Below are positions 35,591 to 48,624 of a stretch of DNA of 64,000 nt, piece after piece. The stretch lies in NCBI RefSeq assembly GCF_041573655.1, contig NZ_JBFFQD010000002.1, positions 28,062-92,061 of the forward strand, given 5' to 3'. Within the stretch, counting starts at the first letter, position 1. Each line of letters starts with the position of its first letter. The DNA comes from Methyloceanibacter sp. Lineage in GTDB: Bacteria > Pseudomonadota > Alphaproteobacteria > Rhizobiales > Methyloligellaceae. A program made the translations under genes and the position numbers. Below the pieces are notes generated by a model. That model searched no databases and was not told the origin of the DNA. It saw only the letters and a program-made list of their open reading frames with translations.

Positions 35591-35760
35591 CCGCCGGGCT
35601 GGCCTTACCGGCTGGGCAGGCTCTGCCTGCTGGACAGGCCAAACTCCAGACCGTATGTCTCACGGCGAATGTAGCCGCGCGATGAGGCGGCCGCCGAATC
35701 GGCTAGGGTAGCGGTGGCGAGCGCCGTTTCGCGCGAGAACGAAGGTCCCAGCTGAACCTC

Positions 35761-38559
35761 ATGAGCGCCGCGAAATCCCCGGGCGGGAAGTCCAGAACCA
35801 GCGGAAAATCCAACGCGGGCGCCAAGCAGGGCAAGGCGCATATTGTGCCGACGCGCGCGAACGACATCCGAACCGGTTTTCTCGATTTCTTCGCCAAGAA
35901 CGACCACCTCGTCTTGCCGTCCGCGCCGCTGGTGCCCCGGCACGATCCGACCTTGATGTTCACCAATGCCGGCATGGTGCCGTTCAAGAACGTGTTCACC
36001 GGCCAGGAGAAGGCGAAGAGCCCGCGCGCGGCCTCGTCGCAAAAATGCGTGCGTGCCGGTGGCAAGCACAACGATCTCGACAATGTGGGCTTCACCGCGC
36101 GGCATCACACTTTCTTCGAGATGCTCGGCAATTTCTCGTTTGGCGACTATTTCAAGGAGCGCGCCATCGCGCTCGCCTGGGAGCTTCTGACCAAGAAGTT
36201 TGAGCTGCCGGCCGACAAGCTGCTGATCACCGTCTATGTCGACGACGAAGACGCGGCCTCGCTGTGGAAGAAGATCTCGGGCTTCTCCGACAACAAGATC
36301 TTGCGTATCGCGGGGTCGGATAATTTCTGGTCCATGGGCGATACCGGCCCGTGCGGGCCGTGTTCGGAGATCTTCTATGACCACGGCGCACATTTACCCG
36401 GCGGTCCGCCCGGCAGTCCCGATCAAGACGGCGACCGTTTCGTGGAGATCTGGAATCTCGTCTTCATGCAATATGAGCAGCGCGAGGACGGCTCGCGCGT
36501 GGACCTGCCGCATCCGTCCATCGACACCGGTATGGGGCTGGAGCGCATCGCAGCGGTGATGCAGGGCACGCACGACAATTACGCCATTGATCTTTTCAAA
36601 ACGCTGATCGCCGCTTCTGTTGAGTTGACGGGCGTCGCGGCGGAGGGCGGCAACGCCCCAAGTCACCGCATCATCGCCGATCACTTGCGTGCATCTTCAT
36701 TTCTCATCGCCGACGGCGTGCTGCCGTCCAATGAAGGCCGGGGTTATGTGCTCCGTCGCATCATGCGCCGCGCCATGCGTCACGCGCATCTGCTGGGCGC
36801 CAAGGAGCCGCTGCTGCACCGTTTGGCGCCGACGCTGATCGGTGAGATGGGTCGCGCCTTTCCCGAGCTGTCACGCGGCGAGGACCTCATCGAGGAAACG
36901 CTGAAGCTTGAGGAGAGCCGCTTCCGCGAGACCCTCGAACGCGGCTTGCGCCTACTGGATGAGGCGGTCGAAAGCCTCAAGCCGGGCGACACGCTGCCGG
37001 GCGAGGTCGCCTTCAAGCTCTACGACACCTACGGTTTTCCTTACGATCTCACCGAAGACGCGCTAAAGGCCAAGAACATTGGCGTGGACGCCGAAGGCTT
37101 CGGCGTGGCCATGGAGCACCAGCGTGCCGAGGCGCGGAAGTCTTGGGCCGGCTCGGGCGAAGCGGCCACCGAACAAGTCTGGTTCGAACTGAAGGAGGAA
37201 CTCGGCGCCACCGAGTTTCTCGGCTACGAGACCGAGACGGCCTCCGGCGAGATCGTGGCGTTGGTCAAAGACGGTGCGCGTGTCGACAAGCTTATCGAAG
37301 GCGACCGTGGCATCGTCATCGTTAACCAGACGCCGTTCTATGCCCAGTCCGGCGGTCAGGTCGGCGATCAAGGGACGCTGTCGATCGGCGAAGACGTCGT
37401 CTTCGACGTTGAGGACACGCAGAAGAAGCTTCATGGCCTGTTCGTGCATCAGGGCGCCCTTCAGAAGGGCACGCTGCTGCGTGGACAAACCGTGACGCTC
37501 GATGTCGATCATACGCGACGCACCACGACCCGCGCGCACCATTCGGCCACGCATCTTCTGCACGAGGCCTTGCGCCAAGTGCTGGGTCAGCACGTGGCGC
37601 AGAAGGGCTCGCTGGTGGAACCGGGGCGCTTGCGCTTCGATTTCTCTCATCCCAAGCCCATGACGGCGGATGAGGTCGCCGCGGTCGAAGACATGGCGAA
37701 CGCCATGATCTTGCAGAACGCGCCCGTCGAAACACATCTGATGACGCCCGACGAGGCGATCGAACAGGGCGCGCTGGCGCTGTTCGGCGAGAAATACGGC
37801 GAGGAGGTCCGCGTGGTCTCCATGGGCGTTGCGCCCGGAAGCCCCAAAGCGGGGGAGGCCTATTCCATCGAGCTGTGCGGCGGCACCCATGTGGCGCGCA
37901 CAGGCGATATCGGGCTTCTCAAGATCACGGGCGAGGGCGCCGTGGCGGCTGGCGTCCGCCGCGTCGAAGCGCTGACCGGTGAGGCGGCGCGGAGTTTCCT
38001 CGATGCGCAGGATGGCCGCGTGCGCGAAGCGGCGGAGCTGTTGAAAGTTTCTCCGGAAGAGATGCTTGAGCGTCTTGCCGCGGTCGTGGACGAGCGCCGC
38101 AAGCTGGAGCGGCAACTGGCCGATGCCAAGCGCGAGCTCGCGCTGCGGCCCGAAGGCGGCGACAGTGCGGCGGGTGCCGCCGTGCGCGAGCTCGGGTCCG
38201 TCAAGCTACTGGCGCGCACCGTGCACGGTGTTAGCCCAAAGGATTTGCGCGGGCTGGTGGACGAAGCCAAGCAGCAGCTGGGCTCAGGGATCGTTGCTGT
38301 GGTCGGCGTTAGCGACGAAGGCAAGGCCGGCCTCATTGTTGGCGTCACGAAAGACCTCACCGGCACATACAGCGCCGTAGACCTCGTGCGCGCTGGTGCC
38401 GAGGCGCTTGGCGGCAAGGGCGGCGGCGGGCGGCCCGACCTTGCCCAAGCCGGCGGCCCCGACGGCGCGCGCGCCGATGCGGCCCTTGAAGCAATCGCCG
38501 CGGCGATCTCCGGCGAGGCGCCTCCTGCCGCGCCGGCCAAACGCGCCGGGCAAGCCTAA
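35761..38559 (+). CDS. alaS: Alanine-tRNA ligase
   Basis: Class II motifs and the conserved N-terminus [24 protein letters not shown], plus an editing domain (HSATHLLH) and a C-terminal DHHA1-like region. The first 28 Lys/Ser/Gly-rich codons are doubtful, so the GTG at 35845 is an alternative start. Confidence 0.95.
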   Translation: MSAAKSPGGKSRTSGKSNAGAKQGKAHIVPTRANDIRTGFLDFFAKNDHLVLPSAPLVPRHDPTLMFTNAGMVPFKNVFTGQEKAKSPRAASSQKCVRAGGKHNDLDNVGFTARHHTFFEMLGNFSFGDYFKERAIALAWELLTKKFELPADKLLITVYVDDEDAASLWKKISGFSDNKILRIAGSDNFWSMGDTGPCGPCSEIFYDHGAHLPGGPPGSPDQDGDRFVEIWNLVFMQYEQREDGSRVDLPHPSIDTGMGLERIAAVMQGTHDNYAIDLFKTLIAASVELTGVAAEGGNAPSHRIIADHLRASSFLIADGVLPSNEGRGYVLRRIMRRAMRHAHLLGAKEPLLHRLAPTLIGEMGRAFPELSRGEDLIEETLKLEESRFRETLERGLRLLDEAVESLKPGDTLPGEVAFKLYDTYGFPYDLTEDALKAKNIGVDAEGFGVAMEHQRAEARKSWAGSGEAATEQVWFELKEELGATEFLGYETETASGEIVALVKDGARVDKLIEGDRGIVIVNQTPFYAQSGGQVGDQGTLSIGEDVVFDVEDTQKKLHGLFVHQGALQKGTLLRGQTVTLDVDHTRRTTTRAHHSATHLLHEALRQVLGQHVAQKGSLVEPGRLRFDFSHPKPMTADEVAAVEDMANAMILQNAPVETHLMTPDEAIEQGALALFGEKYGEEVRVVSMGVAPGSPKAGEAYSIELCGGTHVARTGDIGLLKITGEGAVAAGVRRVEALTGEAARSFLDAQDGRVREAAELLKVSPEEMLERLAAVVDERRKLERQLADAKRELALRPEGGDSAAGAAVRELGSVKLLARTVHGVSPKDLRGLVDEAKQQLGSGIVAVVGVSDEGKAGLIVGVTKDLTGTYSAVDLVRAGAEALGGKGGGGRPDLAQAGGPDGARADAALEAIAAAISGEAPPAAPAKRAGQA

Positions 38560-38562
38560 GCG

Positions 38563-39786
38563 ATGGCGACGCCGGCCGTCTGGCGCCGCTGGCGCAGGAA
38601 GGTCCACGACATCCTCGAGGTTGGCGGGGAGTCCCATCCGGCAGGCTATGTCGTCAACGGTTTCATCGTTACGCTGATCGTTCTGAACGCGATCGCCTTC
38701 GCGGCCGAGACCGTGGGCGATCTCGCCGCCGAGTACGGCTTCTGGTTCCGTGCGTTCAACATCTTCTCGGTGATCGTCTTCACGATCGAATATGTGCTTC
38801 GGGTGTGGAGCGCCGTCGAGATTCCCATGCTGTCGCGTTTGCCGCCCTGGCAGGCGCGGGCGCGCTTCGCCATGCGCCCGATCATGCTGATCGACCTGCT
38901 CGCCTTCGCGCCGTGGTACGTGCATTGGATCTACCCAATCGACCTGCGCGTGCTCAGGGTGTTTCGCCTGTTCCGTCTGCTCAAGCTGGTGCGCTACTCG
39001 CCGGCCTTGCAGACCTTGGGGCGCGTGCTGGTAGACGAATCCCGCGCGCTGCTCGGCGCATTGCTCATCATGATGGTTCTCCTGCTGTTCGCTTCCACGG
39101 GCATCTACTTCCTGGAGCGGGAGGCGCAGCCGGACACGTTCGGGTCCATTCCAGCCGCCGCTTGGTGGGCGCTCGCCACGCTGACGACGGTGGGATATGG
39201 CGACGTCGTGCCGGTCACGCCGCTGGGCAAGGTACTGGGCGGCGTGGTGATGCTGCTGGGGCTTGGCATGTTCGCACTGCCCGTTGCGATCATTGCCACC
39301 GGGTTCACTCAAGAATCGAACCGTCATCAGTTCGTGGTCACGTGGTCCATGGTGTCGCGCGTGCCGCTGTTCGCCACCATGAACGAGGCGGAGATCGCCG
39401 AGATCACCAAGCTGGTCTATACGCGCAGCTATCTGCCCGGCGTGCCCATCGTGCGAGCGGGCGATGCGGGCGAGAGCATGTTCCTCTTGGCCGGCGGCGA
39501 GGCCACGGTCGAGATGGGCCGCGGCCGGCGGACCACGCTGAAGGAGGGTGACTTCTTCGGCGAGATGGCGCTGCTTGAGCATCGGCGCCACAAACACGAC
39601 GTGATCGCCAAGACCCGATGCCGCGTCTACGTTCTGGATAGCCAGGCCTTCGCGCGGCTTTCCCGCCGTCATCCGGAAATCATCCGCCGTATCCGCGAAG
39701 TCGCGGAGGAGCGGGCCAAAGCCGACCGAGCACGGCCCCCGCGCAAGGTTGCGCGGAAGACGAAGACGAAAGCTCGAAGAAGCTGA
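38563..39786 (+). CDS. Cyclic-nucleotide-regulated, voltage-sensor-type K+ channel (MloK1-like)
   Basis: Six TM segments, including an S4-like RVLRVFRLFRLLKLVR. The selectivity filter is TLTTVGYGD and the C-terminal cNMP-binding domain contains GDFFGEMALL. Confidence 0.85.
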   Translation: MATPAVWRRWRRKVHDILEVGGESHPAGYVVNGFIVTLIVLNAIAFAAETVGDLAAEYGFWFRAFNIFSVIVFTIEYVLRVWSAVEIPMLSRLPPWQARARFAMRPIMLIDLLAFAPWYVHWIYPIDLRVLRVFRLFRLLKLVRYSPALQTLGRVLVDESRALLGALLIMMVLLLFASTGIYFLEREAQPDTFGSIPAAAWWALATLTTVGYGDVVPVTPLGKVLGGVVMLLGLGMFALPVAIIATGFTQESNRHQFVVTWSMVSRVPLFATMNEAEIAEITKLVYTRSYLPGVPIVRAGDAGESMFLLAGGEATVEMGRGRRTTLKEGDFFGEMALLEHRRHKHDVIAKTRCRVYVLDSQAFARLSRRHPEIIRRIREVAEERAKADRARPPRKVARKTKTKARRS

Positions 39787-39800
39787 ACGGTGGCTGTGGC

Positions 39801-41030
39801 TTAAGCGGCCGTCACGCGCTTGGTCATCGCCGCCCGCAGGTTCTCGCCGATCTTATCGATGAACCCTTCCGTAGTCAGCCAGGCTTGCTCTTCGCCGACA
39901 AGGAGCGCGAGGTCCTTTGTCATGGAGCCGCTCTCGATCGTATCGACAACCACCTTCTCCAGCGTTTCGGCGAAGTCGAGCAGCGCCTCGTTACCGTCGA
40001 GCTTGGCGCGGTGCTTCAGTGCGCCGCCCCAGGCGTAGATCGAAGCAGTCGAGTTCGTCGATGTCGCACGGCCCTCTTGGTGCTGCCGGTAGTGGCGCGT
40101 CACCGTGCCGTGCGCGGCCTCCGCCAGCACGGTCTCGCCGTCGGGCGTCATCAACACGCTCGTCATGAGTCCAAGCGAGCCGAAACCTTGCGCCACGGTG
40201 TCGGACTGCACATCGCCGTCATAGTTCTTGCAGGCCCAGATATACCCACCGGACCATTTGAGCGCCGCGGCGACCATGTCGTCGATCAGCCGATGCTCGT
40301 AAGTGAGCCCGCGTTCCTCGAACGTCTCCTTGAACTCGGCGTCGTAGATCTCCTGGAACAGATCCTTGAAGCGGCCGTCATAGGCCTTGAGGATCGTGTT
40401 CTTGGTGGACAGGTACACCGGCATGTCGCGGTTGAGGCCATAGTTCATGGAGGCGCGCGCGAAGTCCCGGATGGAACTGTCGAGATTGAACATGCCGAGC
40501 GCGATGCCGGAGCCTTCAAAGTCGTGGACCTCACGATGGATCGTCTCGCCGCCCTCGCCCTCGAAGGTAATGGTCAGCTTGCCCTTGCCGGGCACCAGGA
40601 AGTCTTGGGCCCGGTAGATGTCGCCATAGGCGTGACGCCCGATGACGATTGGCTTGGTCCAGCCAGGCACCAGCCGCGGCACGTTCTTGCAGATGATGGG
40701 CTCGCGGAAGATCACGCCGCCAAGGATGTTGCGGATCGTGCCATTGGGCGACCGCCACATCTTCTTGAGGCCGAACTCCTCCACGCGCGCCTCGTCCGGC
40801 GTGATCGTCGCGCATTTGACGCCGACGCCGTGCTTCTGGATGGCGTGGGCCGCGTCGATCGTGACCTGATCGTCGGTGGCGTCACGATGCTCGATGCCAA
40901 GATCGAAGGGGAGAAGCTCGATGTCGAGGTAGGGCTCGATGAGCTTTTCCTTGATCATGTCCCAGATGATCCGGGTCATTTCGTCGCCGTGAAGGTCGGC
41001 AATCGGGTTCTGCACTTTGATCTTGTCCAC
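39801..41030 (-). CDS. icd: NADP-dependent isocitrate dehydrogenase (eukaryotic-like homodimeric type)
   Basis: GTG start at 41030 with a GGAG Shine-Dalgarno. The N-terminus is [23 protein letters not shown]. The longer ORF to 41330 is Arg/Pro-rich and non-protein-like. Confidence 0.9.
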   Translation of the reverse strand: MDKIKVQNPIADLHGDEMTRIIWDMIKEKLIEPYLDIELLPFDLGIEHRDATDDQVTIDAAHAIQKHGVGVKCATITPDEARVEEFGLKKMWRSPNGTIRNILGGVIFREPIICKNVPRLVPGWTKPIVIGRHAYGDIYRAQDFLVPGKGKLTITFEGEGGETIHREVHDFEGSGIALGMFNLDSSIRDFARASMNYGLNRDMPVYLSTKNTILKAYDGRFKDLFQEIYDAEFKETFEERGLTYEHRLIDDMVAAALKWSGGYIWACKNYDGDVQSDTVAQGFGSLGLMTSVLMTPDGETVLAEAAHGTVTRHYRQHQEGRATSTNSTASIYAWGGALKHRAKLDGNEALLDFAETLEKVVVDTIESGSMTKDLALLVGEEQAWLTTEGFIDKIGENLRAAMTKRVTAA

Positions 41031-41131
41031 GCGCGCGTCTCCGCTGGAAGGAAAGGGTTGAGCCTTAGGAGGGCCGCTTAAGGCATTTCGCCCCCATTGC
41101 GGGAGCCCGCCCCCTATAGCATCGTGCGGCC

Positions 41132-41956
41132 ATGATGGAAGCAAATGCGAAAACCGGCAAGCGCGTGGGCCAAGACGACGCGGCGTCCGCGGCGCCCGCC
41201 ATCGTGCTGGTAAGGCCGCAACTCGGCGAGAATATCGGCTTTGCCGCTCGCGCCATGGGCAATTTCGGGCTTCGCGATCTGAGGCTCGTGGCCCCAAGGG
41301 ATGGCTGGCCAAACGAGAAGGCGCGCGCAACCGCCGCCGTCGCCGGCGTCATCGTCGATGAGGCGAAGGTGTTCGACACCGTCGAAGATGCCGTCGCCGA
41401 CCTCAACTACGTGATCGCCACCACCGCGCGGCCCCGCGAGATGGTGAAAGAGGTGCTGAGCCCGGAAACGGCGGCAGCTGCTTTGCGCGCCAAGCGACAA
41501 GCCTCTCAGCGGACCGGCGTGCTGTTCGGGGCCGAGCGCAGCGGGCTCGACAACGACTCCATCGTGCTGGCCGATGCGATCCTGACCGCGCCGGTCAGCG
41601 CAGCGTTTGCTTCCTTGAGCCTGCCCCAGGCCGTGCTGCTATTCGCCTATGAATGGCTGAAGAGCGAAAGCCCCTCCGATCTCGGCCGGACAACCACCTA
41701 TGACGGGCCGGCGCGCGAAGGGATCTCCGCGCCGGACACACAGCCCGCGACCCGTGCGGAACTCTACAACCTGTTTGAGCATCTGGAAGGGGCATTGGAC
41801 GACGCCGGATTCTTGCGGCCGCCGGAGAAGCGGCCGTCCATGGTGCGGTCGATCCGCAACATGTTTCATCGCATGGGCGCCACCGACCAGGACGTCCGCA
41901 CCTGGCGGGGAATTGTGTCAGCCTTGACGAGGCCTCCAACAGAGCCAAGGCGATAA
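41132..41956 (+). CDS. SPOUT-class RNA methyltransferase, TrmJ/LasT-like
   Basis: N-terminal [23 protein letters not shown] and the SpoU motif GAERSGL. Confidence 0.75.
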   Translation: MMEANAKTGKRVGQDDAASAAPAIVLVRPQLGENIGFAARAMGNFGLRDLRLVAPRDGWPNEKARATAAVAGVIVDEAKVFDTVEDAVADLNYVIATTARPREMVKEVLSPETAAAALRAKRQASQRTGVLFGAERSGLDNDSIVLADAILTAPVSAAFASLSLPQAVLLFAYEWLKSESPSDLGRTTTYDGPAREGISAPDTQPATRAELYNLFEHLEGALDDAGFLRPPEKRPSMVRSIRNMFHRMGATDQDVRTWRGIVSALTRPPTEPRR

Positions 41957-42040
41957 GGTGTCATAGTTCCGCCCGGTTTCTCCTATTGCGATGCCCGTCA
42001 ACAATGCTAGCTTCCGGCTCGATAAGGAGAGGGGCGTTCA

Positions 42041-42685
42041 ATGAGAGTTGCGTGGTTTCATCTGGGCGGGGCCACTTGTGCTGCGGTCTTTGCGTTTCTG
42101 ACGAGTGCTCCGCTCCAAGCGGCCGATCAATCTGGTTTCACGGCCGTGGCAGCCGAAGAGCTCGACAAGCGGAGCAAGCAGCCGCAGAAGAAGGGGCTGA
42201 GCGATACGCGGGTGCGCGTCATGCTCACTTACGCCTTCTCGCTGATTCCGGGGGAGACGCCCGGACCTAACGGCAAGCCTGTCCCAGTCGACAAGTCCGA
42301 CTTCAACACCTTCGTGATTCCAAGCGACGACGCACGCCAAGTCATTCGCGCGGCCACTCGTTCCGCCTATGCGGAGGTCTGCGGCTTGCCGCAGCTAGCG
42401 CAGGCGAATCTGAAGGCGCTCTTGGCGCAGGAATCCAAGAAGGACTGGACGCGCCAGCAGATGCTGATGGTCGAGGCGCTGCACCTCTTTGCGCTGTCCT
42501 ACTTCACCGGTAACGCCAAGATCGAGGAGGGCCCTGAGACGACCGCGGCCAGCGGTACCGAGGAAACCGAGGGCGGAGAATCGGCTGTGACGCAGGCGCC
42601 GCCGGCGCCGAAATGCCCTCCGGAGCAGAAGCAGAAGGTCGAAAGTGCCATTAACGCCTATGTGGCCTCGGTCCCGGCAAACTAG
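42041..42685 (+). CDS. Hypothetical exported protein
   Basis: AAGGAGAGGGG Shine-Dalgarno plus ATG. The signal peptide ends APLQAAD. I recognise no family. Confidence 0.5.
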   Translation: MRVAWFHLGGATCAAVFAFLTSAPLQAADQSGFTAVAAEELDKRSKQPQKKGLSDTRVRVMLTYAFSLIPGETPGPNGKPVPVDKSDFNTFVIPSDDARQVIRAATRSAYAEVCGLPQLAQANLKALLAQESKKDWTRQQMLMVEALHLFALSYFTGNAKIEEGPETTAASGTEETEGGESAVTQAPPAPKCPPEQKQKVESAINAYVASVPAN

Positions 42686-42726
42686 GGCGGCCCGGGCCTG
42701 CCTGTGGCCCTAGGAAATCGCGGCAA

Positions 42727-42756
42727 TTGACAGTTTCCGGCTATTCGGAGTAACAG
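42727..42756 (+). promoter_or_regulatory. Candidate rpsD promoter
   Basis: TTGACA-N18-TAACAG lies about 150 nt upstream of the rpsD ATG. Confidence 0.3.
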
Positions 42757-42904
42757 AACGGTCAAACCGGAGCCCTGAAGGGCTTTTGGGGCCGCCGGAC
42801 CCGCTCTGGCGATCCGGACCACTCAACATCCATGGATTTTTGCGGCAGACGCGGGAAAGCAGACCGCCCGCGAAAAGCCTAATTTGGCTTTGGAGTTTTT
42901 ACGA

Positions 42905-43522
42905 ATGACGAAACGCATTCACGCCAAGCACAAGATCGACCGTCGGCTCGGCGAGAATATTTGGGGCCGGCCCAAGAGCCCCCAGAACAAGCGCGAATAC
43001 GGACCTGGCGAGCATGGCCAGCGCCGCCGCGGCAAGCTGTCCGATTACGGCCAGCAGCTCAGGGCCAAGCAGAAGCTCAAGGGCTATTACGGCAACATCA
43101 CCGAGAAGCAGTTCAAGTCGATCTATCACGAGGCCTCGCGCATGAAGGGCGACACCTCGGAGCGGCTGATTGGCTTGCTCGAGCGGCGCCTCGATGCGCT
43201 GGTCTATCGCGCCAAGTTCGTGCCGACAGTGTTCGCCGCCCGCCAGCTCATTTCCCACGGCCACGTGAAGGTCAACGGCCGCCGCGTAACGATCCCGAGC
43301 TATCGTTGCAAGGAAGGGGATGTGATTGAGTTGCGCGACAAGTCCAAGGATCTTGGCATGGTGCTCGAGGCCGCGCAGAGCGGCGAGCGCGACGTGCCGG
43401 ACTATGTCGACGTCGACCACGGCAAGATGGTCGCGACGTTCACGCGGACGCCGACCCTGTCCGATGTGCCCTATCCGGTCATGATGGAGCCGAACCTCGT
43501 CATCGAGTTCTACTCGCGCTAA
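42905..43522 (+). CDS. rpsD: 30S ribosomal protein S4
   Basis: ATG at 42905. The N-terminus is [26 protein letters not shown] and the S4 RNA-binding domain includes [11 protein letters not shown]. Confidence 0.95.
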   Translation: MTKRIHAKHKIDRRLGENIWGRPKSPQNKREYGPGEHGQRRRGKLSDYGQQLRAKQKLKGYYGNITEKQFKSIYHEASRMKGDTSERLIGLLERRLDALVYRAKFVPTVFAARQLISHGHVKVNGRRVTIPSYRCKEGDVIELRDKSKDLGMVLEAAQSGERDVPDYVDVDHGKMVATFTRTPTLSDVPYPVMMEPNLVIEFYSR

Positions 43523-43554
43523 GCACGCGACGTCAGACAAGACAACACAGCAAT

Positions 43555-43590
43555 ACGGCGGCGATTGGAACAATCGCCGCCGTTTGTGTA
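43555..43590 (+). terminator. Rho-independent terminator of rpsD
   Basis: 13-bp stem ACGGCGGCGATTG-GAA-CAATCGCCGCCGT followed by TTGTGTA. Confidence 0.75.
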
Positions 43591-43616
43591 TCCAGCAGAA
43601 ATCCTAAGAAGCGCGG

Positions 43617-43976
43617 TTATGCCGTCGCGGTCTGCGCGTTATTGGCAATGCCCTTGGTCTTGAGCATTTCCTGGAGCTCGCCTGCCTGGAACATCTCGCG
43701 CACGATATCGCACCCGCCGACGAACTCGCCTTTCACGTAGAGCTGCGGAATGGTCGGCCAGTTGGAATAGGCCTTCACGCCTTCGCGCACGCTCATGTCG
43801 TCGAGCACGTTGATGTCTGCAAAGTCGACGCCGAGATGGCTCAGGATCTGCGCGACCTGCATGGAGAAGCCGCATTGCGGCATCGACTTGGTGCCTTTCA
43901 TGAACAGCACCACGTCACGGCCGGCGATCTGCTTGCCGATCCAGTCCTGAACGGCCTGAACGTCTTGCTCACTCAT
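43617..43976 (-). CDS. grxD: Grx4-family monothiol glutaredoxin
   Basis: CGFS active site (MPQCGFSMQ), with WPTIPQLYV and GGCDI motifs. Confidence 0.9.
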   Translation of the reverse strand: MSEQDVQAVQDWIGKQIAGRDVVLFMKGTKSMPQCGFSMQVAQILSHLGVDFADINVLDDMSVREGVKAYSNWPTIPQLYVKGEFVGGCDIVREMFQAGELQEMLKTKGIANNAQTATA

Positions 43977-43996
43977 CGTTCGATTCCTTTCTCACT

Positions 43997-44230
43997 CTAT
44001 TGCGGCGCTGATGTCTTCAACGCCAGCGCGTGCAGTGCGCCGCCCATATTGCCCTGAAGTGCATCATAGACCATTTGGTGCTGCTGGACCCGCGACTTGC
44101 CGCGAAATGCCTCCGACACGATGCTGGCCGCGTAATGATCGCCGTCGCCAGCGAGATCTTCGATCTCCACGCGCGCATCGGGAAAGCGTTCCTTGACCAA
44201 GCGCTCAATCTCCTCCGCAGCCATTGCCAT
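43997..44230 (-). CDS. BolA-family protein
   Basis: BolA motifs DGDHYAASIVSEAF and RVQQHQMVYDAL. The ATG is at 44230 or 44224; the ORF track starts at a TTG at 44236. Confidence 0.8.
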   Translation of the reverse strand: MAMAAEEIERLVKERFPDARVEIEDLAGDGDHYAASIVSEAFRGKSRVQQHQMVYDALQGNMGGALHALALKTSAPQ

Positions 44231-44262
44231 CGTCAATTGCTCCTTGTGCGCGCGGCTTCAGG

Positions 44263-46478
<2,216 letters not shown>

Positions 46479-46482
<4 letters not shown>

Positions 46483-47168
46483 TGGAGCCTCTCAACAAGC
46501 GAAGAGAACATTTTGGCGCCGTCCGTGCCGGAGAGCACAGGCTCGATGAGCCGTTCGGGGTGGGGCATCATGCCGAGCACCGTACCGGTCTCGTTGTAGA
46601 TTCCTGCGATATTTCGGCACGAGCCATTGGGGTTCGCCGCTTCAGTCACCGCGCCCGATGCCTCGCAGTAGCGAAAGGCGACACGGTTCTCGCCTTCGAG
46701 CCGGTCAAGCGTGCCCTCGTCGGCGAAGTAGCAGCCGTCTTTATGCGCGACGGGAATGCGGATCACTTCGCCGGTCTCGTAGTGGGACGCAAAGCGCGTG
46801 TCGTTGCGTACCACTTTCAGCAGCATGTCCTTGCAGATGAAGCGCAAGGTCGCGTTGCGCATCAGAACGCCCGGCAGCAGGCCGGATTCCGTCAGCACCT
46901 GGAAGCCGTTGCAGATGCCGAGCACCGGTGTTCCCGCTTTAGCGCGCGCGACCACCTCGCGCATGACCGGCGAATGCGCCGCCATGGCGCCGGAGCGCAG
47001 ATAATCGCCATAGGAGAAGCCGCCCGGCAGAACGATGAGATCGCTTTTGGGCAGCTCGGAGTCGCCATGCCAGACCATGGCAGGCGCCGCGCCCATCGCT
47101 GCCTGAAGCGCTACGGCCGCGTCGCGGTCGCAGTTCGATCCCGGAAAGACGATGACGCTGGCTTTCAT
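46479..47168 (-). CDS. purQ: Phosphoribosylformylglycinamidine synthase glutaminase subunit PurQ
   Basis: ATG at 47168. The N-terminus is [16 protein letters not shown], with the catalytic GICNGFQ and MPHPER. Confidence 0.93.
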
Positions 47169-47186
47169 GTTCGCACGAACCCAGAC

Positions 47187-47265
47187 GTCATCCCGGCACA
47201 AGCCGGGATCCAGAAGCGGCAATTGTCCGAGTGTGTGGTTGGATTCCGGCTTTCGCCGGAATGAC
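47187..47265. repeat. Two inverted copies of a roughly 27-bp palindromic (REP-like) element in the purS-purQ intercistronic spacer
   Basis: Copy 1 is gtcatcccggcacaagccgggatccag (47187-47213). The reverse complement of copy 2, gtcattccggcgaaagccggaatccaa, lies at 47239-47265. One frame translates as the VIPAQAGIQ peptide familiar from such repeats. Confidence 0.6.
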
Positions 47266-47276
47266 GGAGAATGCGC

Positions 47277-47522
47277 CTACGCTGCCTCGAGCTCATAAGC
47301 GTAATTCTCGATGATTGTGTTTGCGAGAAGTTGTTCACACATGCGCTCCACTTCGGCGCGCGCGCGGGCCGGATCGCTTTCGGCGACTTCGACCTCGATA
47401 TACTTGCCCTGACGGACACCATCAACCGAGCCGAAGCCGAGCGCATGCAGCGCGCCCTGGATCGCCTTGCCTTGCGGATCGAGCACGCCGGGCTTCAGCG
47501 TGATGGTGATACGCGCCTTCAT
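47277..47522 (-). CDS. purS: Phosphoribosylformylglycinamidine synthase subunit PurS
   Basis: 81 aa; MKARITITLKPGVLDPQGKAIQGAL is typical of PurS. Confidence 0.9.
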   Translation of the reverse strand: MKARITITLKPGVLDPQGKAIQGALHALGFGSVDGVRQGKYIEVEVAESDPARARAEVERMCEQLLANTIIENYAYELEAA

Positions 47523-47539
47523 GCCGCTTTGCGCTCCCG

Positions 47540-48310
47540 TTAGGTCGACTGCACCAGAACCGGACCGCTGCGCGGCCGCCCCGGATTGTCGACATGCAGA
47601 CCGAGCCGGCGCGCCACCTCTTGGTAGGCCTCCACGAGGCCGCCCATGTCGCGGCGGAACCGATCCTTGTCCAGCTTGTTCTGAGTCTCGATATCCCACA
47701 AGCGGCAGCAGTCGGGGGAGATCTCGTCGGCGAGCACGATGCGCATCTGATCGGCCTCCCACTGCCGGCCGAACTCGAGCTTGAAGTCCACGAGTCGGAT
47801 GCCGACGCCAAGAAACAGTCCCGACAGAAAGTCGTTGATGCGCAGCGCCAGCGCCATCATGTCGTCGAGCTCCTGAGGCGTCGCCCAGCCGAAAGCGGTG
47901 ATGTGCTCTTCGGAGACCATGGGGTCTCCGAGGTCGTCGGACTTGTAATAGAACTCGACGATGGAGCGCGGCAGCATCGTGCCTTCTTCGAGACCGAGCC
48001 GGGTTGCCAGTGAGCCCGCGGCGACGTTGCGGATCACCACTTCGAGCGGAACAATCTCGACCTCGCGGATCAGCTGCTCGCGCATGTTCAGCCGTTTGAT
48101 GAAATGCGTCGGCACGCCGATCTCGTTGAGCCGCTCGAAGATGCACTCCGAAATGCGATTATTGAGTACGCCTTTGCCCTCGATGCGGTCGTGCTTCTTA
48201 TTGTTGAAGGCGGTGGCGTCGTCCTTGAAGTGTTGGATGAGCGTGCCAGGTTCGGGTCCTTCGTAGAGGATCTTGGCCTTGCCTTCGTAGATGCGCCGGC
48301 GACGATTCAT
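47540..48310 (-). CDS. purC: Phosphoribosylaminoimidazole-succinocarboxamide (SAICAR) synthase
   Basis: 256 aa with YEGKAKILY and DKDRFRRD motifs. Confidence 0.95.
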   Translation of the reverse strand: MNRRRRIYEGKAKILYEGPEPGTLIQHFKDDATAFNNKKHDRIEGKGVLNNRISECIFERLNEIGVPTHFIKRLNMREQLIREVEIVPLEVVIRNVAAGSLATRLGLEEGTMLPRSIVEFYYKSDDLGDPMVSEEHITAFGWATPQELDDMMALALRINDFLSGLFLGVGIRLVDFKLEFGRQWEADQMRIVLADEISPDCCRLWDIETQNKLDKDRFRRDMGGLVEAYQEVARRLGLHVDNPGRPRSGPVLVQST

Positions 48311-48624
48311 AATTTTGGTTCCTCACTGCCCTGTCTGGGGACTCAAGCGCCAAACGCGCGAAGACTGGGAAAGTCCCAAGCCGCGCGCGCTACACTGGAA
48401 ATTGCCATCGCAGGAATCGGATTCAAGAAGTCTTATTCGACATTAGCTGAAGGGGAGGGGGCGTACAACGGCTCCGGGATGGGCCTTCCGGCCGCAGGGG
48501 ACGGCCGGGGATTTGTTGATTTTCCGGCGCTTCGGCGCTATCACGCGGTCCAGAGAGGCGGGATTTTCCCCAACAATTCTATGGACGATGCCCTCGGTCG
48601 CCGAGGGTCCTGGAGGTGCCGGCA

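Noticed and set aside
35476-35760. Possible small gene or RNA between recA and alaS
   Set aside because: The region contains only GC-rich hairpins consistent with the recA terminator and the alaS leader. The ORFs there are short and Arg/Pro/Gly-rich.
37063-38115. 350-aa - strand ORF
   Set aside because: It is antisense to alaS and is a mirror-frame artefact.
38284-39672. 462-aa - strand ORF
   Set aside because: It is antisense to the alaS 3' end and the K+ channel gene, both of which have unambiguous motifs. The translation is His/Arg/Gly/Asp-rich.
39801-41330. Full 509-aa version of the isocitrate dehydrogenase ORF
   Set aside because: The first 100 codons are Arg/Pro-rich and overlap the divergent trmJ-like gene. 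The GTG at 41030 has a GGAG Shine-Dalgarno and yields the canonical IDH N-terminus.
48311-48624. ZTP (pfl) or other purine-related riboswitch upstream of purC
   Set aside because: The - strand leader lacks the GGGUCGUGACUGGCG / CCGCCUGGGC ZTP cores. The only hairpins seen are generic GC-rich ones on the + strand leader of the DUF1476 gene.
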